Source of the DNA: a virus
Taxonomy: Duplodnaviria > Heunggongvirae > Uroviricota > Caudoviricetes
DNA length: 64,000 nt
Strand: one strand, 5' to 3'
IMG/VR virus record: IMGVR_UViG_3300044796_000394
Below, piece by piece: positions 9,052 to 19,128 of the stretch. A program made the position numbers and the translations under genes. A model generated the notes under the pieces. That model made no database searches and was not told the DNA's origin. It saw only the letters and a program-made list of their open reading frames with translations. Each line of letters opens with the position of its first letter. Positions within the stretch are counted from its first letter, which is position 1.

Positions 9052-10049
9052 TGTAAAGCATTCTCTGCTGCCATTAAGCATCCTTTGCCGACACTAAATA
9101 AGTGATCTTCGGGACGCTTAACTTCACCAACAGGAATCGACCAATCCGCTTCTTTGATACCTTGTTTGAACAATTCAACAAAGCCGGGAGGACTCGCAGT
9201 ACCACCACCCAAAATAACATCTAAAGGCTGACCGGGCACCGCTTTGGCACCAGCATCAACAATCGCCTTCTTGATTGCGCTCGTCGTCTTTTGGATCAAG
9301 ATTTCATATTGACTCTTAATTGCTCTTTCAACTAATGAAGTCGGCGTTTTGGTCAAATCGATCTTCGTCTTTTCTTGATTGATGACTGTCGGACTTTCGC
9401 CGCACGCCTTTGCTGCCATCTTGTCAATCCAGTCGCCACTATTCACAAGCGACATTTGAAATACCGGTTGAGCAAAAATGGAATAACACAAGTTAACCAT
9501 ACCAGCACCGAAACTGATACCAACACCGGTATGCATCTTATTACCTAATTCGGCAAAAACCAATGCTAAGGCTTCGTTGATTGGAAACGCTTGAAGTCTC
9601 TTATTGTTGACGTTGTACGCCTTGAAAATAGAGAGCAAGACGTTACTGTGAAAGTCCGCATCCGTTTCGGTGTTGATAGCGTTGGCAGGAACCGAATAGT
9701 AAAGAATTTCTTTGTCTTTTTCAATTTCGCCGATCAGAGAGTGAATCATGATCTTGAGAATTTCAAAAGCATTACGTTCTTTGGGGTTCAAACACCCATC
9801 AGCCATAGGACGCTTCAGATTTAAAAGCGGAATAGTATAAGCCATATCGATAGCCGGTTGACCGACTACGTAAGCCACTTTATCACGCTCAATCATCTTA
9901 ACTTTATCTTTGAGCATATTGAACATGAAACGATTTTCCAACGGCAATTCAATGAATGCATTTACCGTCTTCTTGCTCTTGATTTCATTCGTTTCATTAC
10001 GCTTGCTACAAATAAGGTTGTAGGTACCCGCATCAAATCCGATTGCCAT
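9048..10049 (-). CDS. actin-like ATPase (MreB/ParM/MamK superfamily)
   Basis: Phosphate-1 IGFDAGTYN, connect-1 INEALA, phosphate-2 GISFGAGMVN, adenosine LGGGT. Confidence 0.85.
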   Translation of the reverse strand: MAIGFDAGTYNLICSKRNETNEIKSKKTVNAFIELPLENRFMFNMLKDKVKMIERDKVAYVVGQPAIDMAYTIPLLNLKRPMADGCLNPKERNAFEILKIMIHSLIGEIEKDKEILYYSVPANAINTETDADFHSNVLLSIFKAYNVNNKRLQAFPINEALALVFAELGNKMHTGVGISFGAGMVNLCYSIFAQPVFQMSLVNSGDWIDKMAAKACGESPTVINQEKTKIDLTKTPTSLVERAIKSQYEILIQKTTSAIKKAIVDAGAKAVPGQPLDVILGGGTASPPGFVELFKQGIKEADWSIPVGEVKRPEDHLFSVGKGCLMAAENALQ

Positions 10050-10146
10050 TCTTCACCTTTTGTTCGTGTAAAATATAATAGTTATAAGTCTAAAATAGAT
10101 TGCTTCCTGTATATAATTAACCGCAAATTAGATTGGTTGGTGTGAT

Positions 10147-10488
10147 ATGGGTGGCATGACAAGAAGTCCCGAATCGTGGTGGGAGTATTTTAAATCCCTT
10201 TTTAATATCAAAAATTATTATATCGATGGCACCGTTACGGTATGTGCTGGTTTCCATCAAATTGAAATTCCTACGGTTACTAGCAATCCATGTTCTGTTT
10301 TTCTTAGCATCGAAGAGCCAGATAGCGCAACGACAACTTGTGTAGGCGATCTCAATTGGGCTACTGCTAAGGTTCAACTCAACGGCTTCACTTTATACGC
10401 CAACATCAAATCTAACACTTGTACTATCAAATACGTTATTCAATATGACTGCGATAATTCTAATCCTCAAAGCCCCATTGGTATATGA
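10147..10488 (+). CDS. hypothetical beta-rich protein
   Basis: 113-aa ORF, ATGA-coupled to next gene. Confidence 0.6.
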   Translation: MGGMTRSPESWWEYFKSLFNIKNYYIDGTVTVCAGFHQIEIPTVTSNPCSVFLSIEEPDSATTTCVGDLNWATAKVQLNGFTLYANIKSNTCTIKYVIQYDCDNSNPQSPIGI

Positions 10489-11474
10489 AAACTGTAACTG
10501 TTTTGGGTTGGTATGGCAAAAGCAATTGTGGTGATGAAAGCTACAAAATGGCTTTTCCTGCCGTGTTCAAAAATTATAAATTCAATTTCGTCAACAAGAT
10601 TACCGATCACAATAGTGATGCTTACATTTTGGGTGGCGGCGATGTCTTGGCCCCTAGTTTCTTGAATCAATTAGTTAACGTCAAAAAACCAAAACACATT
10701 ATTTCTGTTTCTGCTAACGAAAAAGTAGATCCGGAACTCTTGAAGGGTTACGCCAACATCTTTGTACGTGAAAAACAGTCGTTGGATATTTTGACCAAAA
10801 AGGGGGTCAAGGCTTCTTATGCCCCCGATGTTGCTTTCGCCTTATCAGGCGATCCAGTTCGTGGTCTTGAATTGATGCGAAATCACTTCGTTGAACAGAA
10901 ACGGGATATGTACGAACGGCGAATCGTTGTTGTTATCAATGGCTTCTTGGCGGAAGATCACGCCAACGGCTTTGATGTACGGCGTGCTTATAACTTTCAA
11001 GACTTGACATATAAGTTGTCTCACGTTCTGGATCATACGAACGCCAGTTTCGTTTTTGTTCCATTTGGTCAAGAATTGCCGTGGGATGATCGGGTAACAA
11101 ATATGTGGATTGCGAGTAAAGCAAAATTCTGGAAAAAGAATTTATGTATCAGCGAATCCAACGTTCAAAATGTTCTGGATATTATCTCAAGTGCTGATGC
11201 AATAGTCTCAACAAGATTACATTCTACCATTTTTGCTATGACAACAAAAACGCCTATTGTAGACATTACTCACAATCATAAAAATCGTTGGTTGTTGGAA
11301 ACAGTTGATAAAAATCATTTTTCTGTTAATTATCGTGCGATTGATGAAGGTGCTTTGAAATTAAAAATAAATGATTTGATTTCAAATCGTAATATACATG
11401 CAAAAGAACTCTCCATTTTGCTAGATAAACAAAAGGAAATCTTGGGAGGGTTGAGTAATGTATGTCTCGTTTGA
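10485..11474 (+). CDS. polysaccharide pyruvyl transferase family protein
   Basis: GWYGKSNCGDE, GGGDV, FVREKQS, PDVAF, STRLHSTIFA. Confidence 0.85.
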   Translation: MKTVTVLGWYGKSNCGDESYKMAFPAVFKNYKFNFVNKITDHNSDAYILGGGDVLAPSFLNQLVNVKKPKHIISVSANEKVDPELLKGYANIFVREKQSLDILTKKGVKASYAPDVAFALSGDPVRGLELMRNHFVEQKRDMYERRIVVVINGFLAEDHANGFDVRRAYNFQDLTYKLSHVLDHTNASFVFVPFGQELPWDDRVTNMWIASKAKFWKKNLCISESNVQNVLDIISSADAIVSTRLHSTIFAMTTKTPIVDITHNHKNRWLLETVDKNHFSVNYRAIDEGALKLKINDLISNRNIHAKELSILLDKQKEILGGLSNVCLV

Positions 11475-12735
11475 TCGGCATAACGTAATTACTGCTGTCT
11501 CTGAAGTTCCATTCAATTCCAATGGCCAAAGTGTAGTTCGAATCCACATTAACAAGGGTATGGATCTGAACCAAATCGTGGGGCGACTCTTGAGTACTAA
11601 ACCAAAAAAACAGATAAAAGATTTGAAGGTAGCAGCAATATGCAATTGGGGCGATGCCTGCGGTATCGCCACTTACAGTAAATTTTTGTTCGATGAAATC
11701 AAGAAGAAGGTAGCTGATCTTCATGTATTTTCCGAAATCATACTCGAAGAACTGCCAGAAGAGGCTAATGTAACACGCTGTTGGAAGCGTGGTCAAAATC
11801 CATCAAAGCTTCTGGAGCAACTCAAAAAATACGATCCGGATTTTGTCATTATCCAGCACGAATTTGGCATTTTTCCAAAAGCGGGATATTTCTTACAATT
11901 GCTTCAAGGACTTGAACAATATCCTTATGTGTTAACTTTGCACTCTGTATATGAACATCTTGACAAAGCAGTATGTACTTCGGCTATTAAACACATTGTC
12001 GTCCATACCGAAGAAGGCAAAGAGGTTCTTAAGAAGACTGGGAATAATAACGATATTTTTGTAGTGCCTCACGGATGTGTTAGCATTCCTCCAGCAGAAC
12101 GCATAGAATTATGGAATATTTTTCAAACCCCCTACGCTATCGTGCAATTCGGATTTGGTTTTTATTACAAAGGCGTTGATACGATTTTGGAAGCTATTGC
12201 TATCCTCAAAAAAACCAACTACGAAAAATACAAAGAACTCTTCTACTGCTATCTTTGCAGCGAGAATCCCCATGCCAATGCCATCCATACAAACTATTAC
12301 AACTTTTTGATGGACAAGGTGAAAGAGTTGGATATTTCGGAGAACGTTGCCATTATTCGCAAGTTCCAAACCGAGCAGACAATTAACCATTACTTACGAA
12401 CAGCTAAACTCGCAATCTTCCCATATCGTAGCGATCCGAACAATGTTGTTTATGGTGCTTCCGGTGCCAGTCGTATTGCTATGGCCAATGGTATTCCTGT
12501 TATTGTCGGCAAGAACCATCAGTTTGATGATTTGGAAGGTGTTTTGCCAAGAGCCGGTACACCACAAGAATTGGCTAATGAAATTGACAAGATTTTCTCT
12601 AACGACAAACACCGCAAAGCAGTTATTGATCGTTCGTTAAAGTATATCGAAAATACGACTTGGAGCAAATGTGCCGATAAGTATTTGGATCTTTACGAAA
12701 AAGTATTACCCACCAACATCTTCGCCAAAATTTGA
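11458..12735 (+). CDS. glycosyltransferase family 4 (GT-B)
   Basis: CGIATYS, IIQHEFG, FGFGFYYKG, SGASRIAMANGIPVI. Confidence 0.85.
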   Translation: MYVSFDRHNVITAVSEVPFNSNGQSVVRIHINKGMDLNQIVGRLLSTKPKKQIKDLKVAAICNWGDACGIATYSKFLFDEIKKKVADLHVFSEIILEELPEEANVTRCWKRGQNPSKLLEQLKKYDPDFVIIQHEFGIFPKAGYFLQLLQGLEQYPYVLTLHSVYEHLDKAVCTSAIKHIVVHTEEGKEVLKKTGNNNDIFVVPHGCVSIPPAERIELWNIFQTPYAIVQFGFGFYYKGVDTILEAIAILKKTNYEKYKELFYCYLCSENPHANAIHTNYYNFLMDKVKELDISENVAIIRKFQTEQTINHYLRTAKLAIFPYRSDPNNVVYGASGASRIAMANGIPVIVGKNHQFDDLEGVLPRAGTPQELANEIDKIFSNDKHRKAVIDRSLKYIENTTWSKCADKYLDLYEKVLPTNIFAKI

Positions 12736-12951
12736 TAATAATTCCGTTGGACTATCAAAGTCCGGTATGATGAATTGAGTGCTCTCAACAGGGTCAATCT
12801 TCTTGAGAGCTATCGGACTATGCGGTGTTGCTCCGATGCTCAATGAACCATCTTGATTCAAAGTGATCGTTAAATTCAAGTTAACCGTTATTTCGCCTTG
12901 AACGGTTTGAACTCTCTCAGTGATAATTTGTGATTTGATGACCTGAACCAT
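12706..12951 (-). CDS. hypothetical protein
   Basis: 81-aa ORF downstream of GT9. Confidence 0.55.
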   Translation of the reverse strand: MVQVIKSQIITERVQTVQGEITVNLNLTITLNQDGSLSIGATPHSPIALKKIDPVESTQFIIPDFDSPTELLSNFGEDVGG

Positions 12952-12960
12952 ACACCGTAT

Positions 12961-13920
12961 TTACTTAGCAGTAGGCCATTTTACCATTATATCATCAAGC
13001 GATTGAAGAATTTCCTTCGCTGTCAATTCTGTAATACAAGGTTTTGATATTTGAGTATGATGACATTTGTGACATTCACCCCAATTATAACACGGCCCAC
13101 AATCCCATCCTTCATCACGATGTTTCTGAATTAAGTTCCACTTCTCATAATACTTGCCATATACCTTACCATCGGCCCATGAGAAAATTCCGACCATTGG
13201 AATTCCTAGACCACCAGCAATATGAAATGCGGCGCTGTCTACACTTATGACATAATCAGCAGCTCCGACCAATGCCATGAATTGTTTGTTATTTTTGCCG
13301 TGTAGCACTTTTCCATCAAAACCGGGAATGGCCCTTGAGTGAATTCCATAGTAGCTTAATCCCCGCTCTTGTAAACCTTTGCAGACTTGATCAATTTGCT
13401 CAACAGTTAAGTTTTTGCTGGAAATGGCCGATATGGGAGCGAAGCAAACTTTGGCACCTTGCGTTAGTTCTTTTGCTTCGGCTAACTCAGGTTCGCTAAT
13501 TTTCATATGCATATTATGCCGAGTTAATTCTAATCCGCACCAATTGGCCCAAATATCGCTTCGGTGTGGTGCGGAATACGGAGAGGCTATGGCTTCAATT
13601 CTACCGCATATAGTTGTTGTGTCGTAATGAATAATCAATTTACTCATGTCGTAGTTGTTAAAGTCAACGACTTCGTCTACGAATGGATGTCCTTCAATTA
13701 GGGACATAAATTGTGGTGGACAACCGAATATAACTTTGATGTCTGGATTCAATAATTTGAAATCTTCAAAAATCATCCTATGCATGAGGATGTCACCAAT
13801 GCCACCGGTTCCTCGCATAATGAATACGGTTTGTCGTCTATCATAATAATCTCTAAGAGACCATCGTTTCTTCATTGGGGGAATTCGATGGAGTCCAGAA
13901 GCAAGTCGTAATGTTTTCAT
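12961..13920 (-). CDS. glycosyltransferase family 9 (heptosyltransferase-like)
   Basis: GGIGDILM, HPFVDEV, ISVDSAAFHIAGGLGIPMVGIF. Confidence 0.85.
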   Translation of the reverse strand: MKTLRLASGLHRIPPMKKRWSLRDYYDRRQTVFIMRGTGGIGDILMHRMIFEDFKLLNPDIKVIFGCPPQFMSLIEGHPFVDEVVDFNNYDMSKLIIHYDTTTICGRIEAIASPYSAPHRSDIWANWCGLELTRHNMHMKISEPELAEAKELTQGAKVCFAPISAISSKNLTVEQIDQVCKGLQERGLSYYGIHSRAIPGFDGKVLHGKNNKQFMALVGAADYVISVDSAAFHIAGGLGIPMVGIFSWADGKVYGKYYEKWNLIQKHRDEGWDCGPCYNWGECHKCHHTQISKPCITELTAKEILQSLDDIMVKWPTAK

Positions 13921-13934
13921 ACTAATCTAATTGA

Positions 13935-14564
13935 ATGTCGTACACGAATTACTTAAAAATAAAAGATAAGGTCTGTATTTGTTCTGAAGGCCACAACCCG
14001 GAATACCTTATACAGCTTCGAATATTATTGCCAACCCTAACCAAAGAGTTTCCGGAAATTGATTTTACATTTGCCTGCCGAGCAGAAAATGTTCATTATA
14101 TTCGTGGGGCTATTCCTATGGAAATTTACAATCAAACTAAAGGGGACTACGCATTCTCATACGAAATCATTTATGATGCTCACTTCAAAGAGCATCCAAT
14201 AGTCAGTATGTTAAACAATTCTAATATCACTCCAATTAAGATTAAGTCTTCTAGCCCCCGTGGACATATCGCCTACATATCAGCGATAGGCGACTTTCCT
14301 AATTCTAATTTGACAGATCAACAAATCAAAAAAGCATGTTCTTTTGCTGCGAATAAAGGATTCAAAACCAAAATCATTCAAGACAAATTAACTTTGAATG
14401 AAATTCAGAGGATGGTCATAGGGGCTGCGTTCGTTATCGGAACATCAAATGAGTTATTCTATGAGGCTGTAGCAGCAGAAGCTCCAACTGCCTTGATTCC
14501 AACAGGCCCACAAGCCGAAGACATTTACCGAATGCTCGTACAATCGCCAAATGTTTTACCATAA
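13935..14564 (+). CDS. GT9-like/GT-B fragment protein
   Basis: IGAAFVIGTSNELFYEAVAAEAPT resembles GT9 C-terminal motif. Confidence 0.5.
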   Translation: MSYTNYLKIKDKVCICSEGHNPEYLIQLRILLPTLTKEFPEIDFTFACRAENVHYIRGAIPMEIYNQTKGDYAFSYEIIYDAHFKEHPIVSMLNNSNITPIKIKSSSPRGHIAYISAIGDFPNSNLTDQQIKKACSFAANKGFKTKIIQDKLTLNEIQRMVIGAAFVIGTSNELFYEAVAAEAPTALIPTGPQAEDIYRMLVQSPNVLP

Positions 14565-14634
14565 AGAAAAAAATGATGGTAAATGAGCCTAAATAAAAGT
14601 GAGCTTATAACTTTTACATCCAAGGAGAGAACTC

Positions 14635-15216
14635 ATGAGTGTTTTCCGTGTTAATTTAGATCAAGGTGTTGGCCGTACGGCTGGTGGTTATCTTGATCCT
14701 TCGAAATCTGGTGGCTACAGCATTCAGCGTACTATTTACGCCCCTGGCCCAAACAAAATCAATCGCAAACTCGTTGACGGCAGCACCTTTACTGACGTAA
14801 ACTACTGGAAGCGTTTTTCAAGTTCAGTTCTTGCTCCTGAGCAAGCCTTCATTGAAGTTGTTACCGATGACGGTAGCGTTTGGAGCGATTACAGCGCCGA
14901 CAACAGCTTCCCTCGTTCATATCACGTAATCATTGCCGACAACTCAGCTTATGCTGCTAACGTTGTTGACATTTTGGGCGACAATGGCTCAGCAGCCGTG
15001 TTCACCCAAATCACCGTAACCGCTTCTGGCTCAGCCCCAACATTCCGCTTCAACGGTTTGTCAACGGCTACTTTGACAATCGCTGGTGGTGTTACCCAAG
15101 TGTTTGATAAGGGCGACCTTGTCATCAGCAAGATTGAAATCAACAACACTCAATCTTCACACGCAGCCGCAACTGCCGACATCTTTGTTTCAATCAAATC
15201 TGTCGCCAATAGCTAA
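14635..15216 (+). CDS. probable virion structural protein
   Basis: SD AAGGAG, G/S/T/A-rich beta-type sequence, own terminator; function inferred. Confidence 0.55.
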   Translation: MSVFRVNLDQGVGRTAGGYLDPSKSGGYSIQRTIYAPGPNKINRKLVDGSTFTDVNYWKRFSSSVLAPEQAFIEVVTDDGSVWSDYSADNSFPRSYHVIIADNSAYAANVVDILGDNGSAAVFTQITVTASGSAPTFRFNGLSTATLTIAGGVTQVFDKGDLVISKIEINNTQSSHAAATADIFVSIKSVANS

Positions 15217-15228
15217 CTTGCCAAAAAT

Positions 15229-15260
15229 AAAAAAAAGCCCCGCAAAGCGGGGCTTTTTTT
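15229..15260. terminator. bidirectional intrinsic terminator
   Basis: A-tract AGCCCCGC-aaa-GCGGGGCT T-tract. Confidence 0.9.
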
Positions 15261-15280
15261 ATTTAACGTCTAAATAAAAC

Positions 15281-15532
15281 ATGCTAGGATTCAAATTGTG
15301 GATAGAAGCGAAAGCCGCTCCTCTGATTATCAGTAGACGCAATGAATATGACGATTTTCCGTACATCGTTGTTGCGTTCCCTAGCGGTGCCCGTTGGAAA
15401 TATATTTTCCCTAATCAGCACACGATGGAAGAATATTTGTATCGATACAGTCGGAACGTTGGCAGATTAGTTTCCAAGATTAAAGACGACGATACTGTTA
15501 AACAAGAGCAATTACCTCTTCCACAGAGTTAA
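15281..15532 (+). CDS. hypothetical protein
   Basis: 83-aa ORF directly after TAAATA motif. Confidence 0.6.
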   Translation: MLGFKLWIEAKAAPLIISRRNEYDDFPYIVVAFPSGARWKYIFPNQHTMEEYLYRYSRNVGRLVSKIKDDDTVKQEQLPLPQS

Positions 15533-16225
15533 GTCTTTGCCTGTGATCTTTTCTAATTCTTCGGTATGCGGCAGATAATAATCAAGCCACTTCTTTCTTT
15601 GTTCAGGCGTTGGCTTTTGGGCGTTAAATTTCTTATCATGTTCGTGATAACTGAACTTGAACCAGTCTTTATAGCTATCTGGCACAAAAGACTCATCTAC
15701 ACCTAAAAACTTCCAAACTTCTTTCAGCACTTTTACGGGTTGTGATTCAATATCATCGTACCAAACAATGTGAATTTGCTCTTTTGGAAATAGTGCGTAC
15801 CACTGCTTCAACCAACGTGAGTATATGCTTCTCTCTCTTACCCGCCAGAATTCAAAAGAATCCATGAAGGTTTTGTTTTTATCAAATCTTCCAGCATTTG
15901 TGGCGTGTTTCCAATTAGAAAAAGCACGTTCTAATGGGTGTCTGAATGAAACTATTAACTTAGATTGCGGTGAATACTCTTTGATCAGGTGCATGGCTTC
16001 GTAGTGATGAAAATAATCCGGTGTAAACTCACCGGTTTTTTGTTCATCTGTTGCCCGACCCAATTGTTTCATATACACAGACATTGATCGTTTAACGGCA
16101 TTGTTAAAGAAATGCATTTCTTTGACTTTGGGGGAATAGAGTTGCGGATGGCTCTTCATTTCACGCCATAGCCAACTCGTACCGCATTTGACGCAGCCGA
16201 TACCAATCCAGTCTGGTAATCTCAT
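15512..16225 (-). CDS. sulfotransferase (PAPS-dependent)
   Basis: 5'-PSB GCVKCGTSWL, KEMHFF, EFTPDY, 3'-PB FRHPLERAFS; SD AGGTGA before ATG 16225. Confidence 0.85.
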   Translation of the reverse strand: MRLPDWIGIGCVKCGTSWLWREMKSHPQLYSPKVKEMHFFNNAVKRSMSVYMKQLGRATDEQKTGEFTPDYFHHYEAMHLIKEYSPQSKLIVSFRHPLERAFSNWKHATNAGRFDKNKTFMDSFEFWRVRERSIYSRWLKQWYALFPKEQIHIVWYDDIESQPVKVLKEVWKFLGVDESFVPDSYKDWFKFSYHEHDKKFNAQKPTPEQRKKWLDYYLPHTEELEKITGKDLTLWKR

Positions 16226-16252
16226 AAAAGTTCTCACCTGTTTAAATACAGT

Positions 16253-18106
16253 ATGAAAATAATGTTTTTGTCAGATCGCAAAGACGATTTACTGGAAACT
16301 CTATATGAATATTTTTCCAAGATGTATCCGTGCGAATATGGCATGAATACCACCGAAGCAGATTTATTCGTCGCAAATTGCATAACTAATTTTCCGAATA
16401 AGACGATTTACTATGCGACTGATCCAAGTGATTATTTGTCCGACATCAGTACTCGGCGATTCAAAATAGGGTTTTTTCAAAAAACTAGGAGCATATTATG
16501 CCCATCTTTGTATCTCGCACAAACTTTTTATCGCAGGTTCAAAATACCTTGTGAAATACAATATCCACATTATTTGACAAAAGAAACATCACCTCAAAAC
16601 ATAATTTGTCATCCCAAGTTCGCATCTCAACACTCTATTGATGTTAATGAATTGTCACATGAAAACTTAAAATTGTTAGATGGCAACTTATCTCATGCTA
16701 AATTATATATTTCAAATGATGGGCCAATTGATGGTTCCCTTATAGAAGCATCGGCAAGAGGGGTTCCGGTTATTGCTCCGAATGATGTTTGGGTGCAAGA
16801 ATTTTTAATTAACGGCGATCAGACTTTTCGATGGGGAACAACAGAGTGGATCGCAGCCACTAAAAAATGCTTGCGTAATATTGGAAGCAAAGTGCCGAGT
16901 GGTAAATATTCAAACATGTCTACATTACATGACAAAATTCAAAAGGCATTAGAAAAGAAGCCTACCGTTCTGCTTGATTTTCAACCAAAACCAGTCAAGC
17001 CCCCGCAAGTTTTTGGCAGACGACCAAATCGCACTACGAGAGTAGAACCACGTCGACCAATTATGTTGCCTGAAATATCAGACAGAACAATTTACATCAG
17101 CGGCAGTTGTATCGGCATATCGGGATACGACAATTTGGTTTATGAAACAATTCGTGGGTTCAAATCTATTGGTGCTGACGTTCGCATCAATGCCAACAAT
17201 CAAATTAATTATAATGTTTGTCCGGTATGGTTTCAAGATATTCACGCAGCCAAACCGGCCAATGCGTGGGAAATTATCATTACCCCACCGTGTAATTTGA
17301 ATTTTATCACACCGGGAAAGCGATCTGTTGTTTTGACAATGTGGGAAACGGATTATCTGGAACCCGAATGGGTGAAGATGTTGAATAATGCCCATATGGT
17401 ATGTGTACCGAGTCAGTGGGCTGTTGAGTGCTTCAAGAAGTGTGGTGTCACGGTTCCTATTGCTTGTGTTCCTCTCGGATATGATCCACTCATATTCAAT
17501 CCTTTGGGTGAATTTCCAAAATTGTGTACCTTTGGTACAGCGGCAGCACTGACCGCTGGCGGTTTGCGTAAAAACACAAGATATATCATAGACTTATTCC
17601 GCAAAGCATTTCCTGAAGAAGCAGACGTAAGACTTAAAGTTAAAGTAAGTCCAGCTTGCCCATTGCCGGAATTTCAGGATTCAAGAGTTGAAATCATTCG
17701 GGAGATGTTGCCCCCTGCTAAATTGGCTGATTGGTATCGATCCATTACTGCTTTTGTTAACGCTTCGTACGCTGAAGGGTTTGGACTACACCTAATAGAG
17801 TCAATGGCATGTGGTCGGCCATTGATTTCCACATACTATAGTGCCGTAACTGAATATTTTGATGATAGTGTTGGTTGGACGGTAGATCATGAAATTATCA
17901 AAGCGGCGGGTGGTGCTTACTCTGGACATTGGGGAAAGCCGATAGAACAATCTATCATCAACAACATGAGACAGGTTTATAGCGATAAAGAAGCGGTTAA
18001 AAATAAAGGTGAGGCGGCTTATCTGAAATCACGGGATTTCACTTGGAAGAAATTCGGTCATAAGTTAATAGAGGCTATTGGGAAAAATGGAGTGGTGAAT
18101 TTATGA
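16253..18106 (+). CDS. two-domain glycosyltransferase family 4
   Basis: EASARGVPVI in N-half; MWET, PLGYD, EGFGLHLIESMACGRP in C-half. Confidence 0.85.
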   Translation: MKIMFLSDRKDDLLETLYEYFSKMYPCEYGMNTTEADLFVANCITNFPNKTIYYATDPSDYLSDISTRRFKIGFFQKTRSILCPSLYLAQTFYRRFKIPCEIQYPHYLTKETSPQNIICHPKFASQHSIDVNELSHENLKLLDGNLSHAKLYISNDGPIDGSLIEASARGVPVIAPNDVWVQEFLINGDQTFRWGTTEWIAATKKCLRNIGSKVPSGKYSNMSTLHDKIQKALEKKPTVLLDFQPKPVKPPQVFGRRPNRTTRVEPRRPIMLPEISDRTIYISGSCIGISGYDNLVYETIRGFKSIGADVRINANNQINYNVCPVWFQDIHAAKPANAWEIIITPPCNLNFITPGKRSVVLTMWETDYLEPEWVKMLNNAHMVCVPSQWAVECFKKCGVTVPIACVPLGYDPLIFNPLGEFPKLCTFGTAAALTAGGLRKNTRYIIDLFRKAFPEEADVRLKVKVSPACPLPEFQDSRVEIIREMLPPAKLADWYRSITAFVNASYAEGFGLHLIESMACGRPLISTYYSAVTEYFDDSVGWTVDHEIIKAAGGAYSGHWGKPIEQSIINNMRQVYSDKEAVKNKGEAAYLKSRDFTWKKFGHKLIEAIGKNGVVNL

Positions 18107-19128
18107 TTGTTGGAATCTCAACACCGACATTAGTAGGGGGCGATGCCGTCGGTAATGATGTTATGGGGATGTACTATGCATTATTATATCATGGTCACAA
18201 AGTGAGACTGTTTGCCAACCATTATGACGTTAATGCCACAGTAGAACCATTGACAAGGCTTGATAACAACATGGATGTTTTGATCTATCATCATTCCATC
18301 AATTGCCCATTGGGTATTCAGGCACTCCAAAAAGGTAAATATCAGAAAGTTATTAAGTACCACAATATTACGCCACCTGAATTTTTCATTGGTGATGAAA
18401 AAACTAAAAAGGAGTGCGAACTTGGACTAGAGCAGAACCACGAAATCGTTAAACATAACGTATGGTCTGACTCTCATTACAACGCCAGCCAGTTGAAGGC
18501 TATCAAACCCGATTTAGAATATTCGGTAATTCCCCCATTTACACAAGCCGAAGATTTAGGGGCAGTAGAAGCAAATTTTCAAGCAGCAATACCATATGAC
18601 GATTGGTTGACAAACATCATTATGGTTGGACGAGTTGCCGCCAACAAAGATGTTATGATGGGGATAAGAGCTTTTGAAGAGTATTTAAAAATCAATCGCT
18701 TTGCTCGCCTCATCATCATTGGCGATAAAAGTACCGATTATGCCAATAGTGTCATTGATTATGCCAAAAAGTTTGGCGATAAAGTTGTTATGACTGGTCG
18801 GGTTACACTTTCAACATTGAAAGCGTTCTATTTGATAGCAGATGCTTTATTGATTACAAGTCTCCATGAGGGTTTTTGTGTACCGCTCATTGAAGCAATG
18901 TCTCTGAATGTTCCGGTGGTAGTTAATGATAAGTGTGCTTTGCCTGAAACTGCCGGTGATGCTGCCATTGTCATAAAAGGCAATGATCCCAAATCTTTTG
19001 CAGATGGATTACATCAAACGATTGATAGTATCACATATGTCAAAGCCGGAAAAGATCATTACCGAGAAAAATTTCATCGCTCTGCCGTAGCTAAAACTTT
19101 TATCACGGCTTTTGAAGCAGTTCGGTAA
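18103..19128 (+). CDS. glycosyltransferase family 4
   Basis: GDAVGND, YHNITP, VGRVAANK, SLHEGFCVPLIEAM. Confidence 0.85.
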   Translation: MIVGISTPTLVGGDAVGNDVMGMYYALLYHGHKVRLFANHYDVNATVEPLTRLDNNMDVLIYHHSINCPLGIQALQKGKYQKVIKYHNITPPEFFIGDEKTKKECELGLEQNHEIVKHNVWSDSHYNASQLKAIKPDLEYSVIPPFTQAEDLGAVEANFQAAIPYDDWLTNIIMVGRVAANKDVMMGIRAFEEYLKINRFARLIIIGDKSTDYANSVIDYAKKFGDKVVMTGRVTLSTLKAFYLIADALLITSLHEGFCVPLIEAMSLNVPVVVNDKCALPETAGDAAIVIKGNDPKSFADGLHQTIDSITYVKAGKDHYREKFHRSAVAKTFITAFEAVR

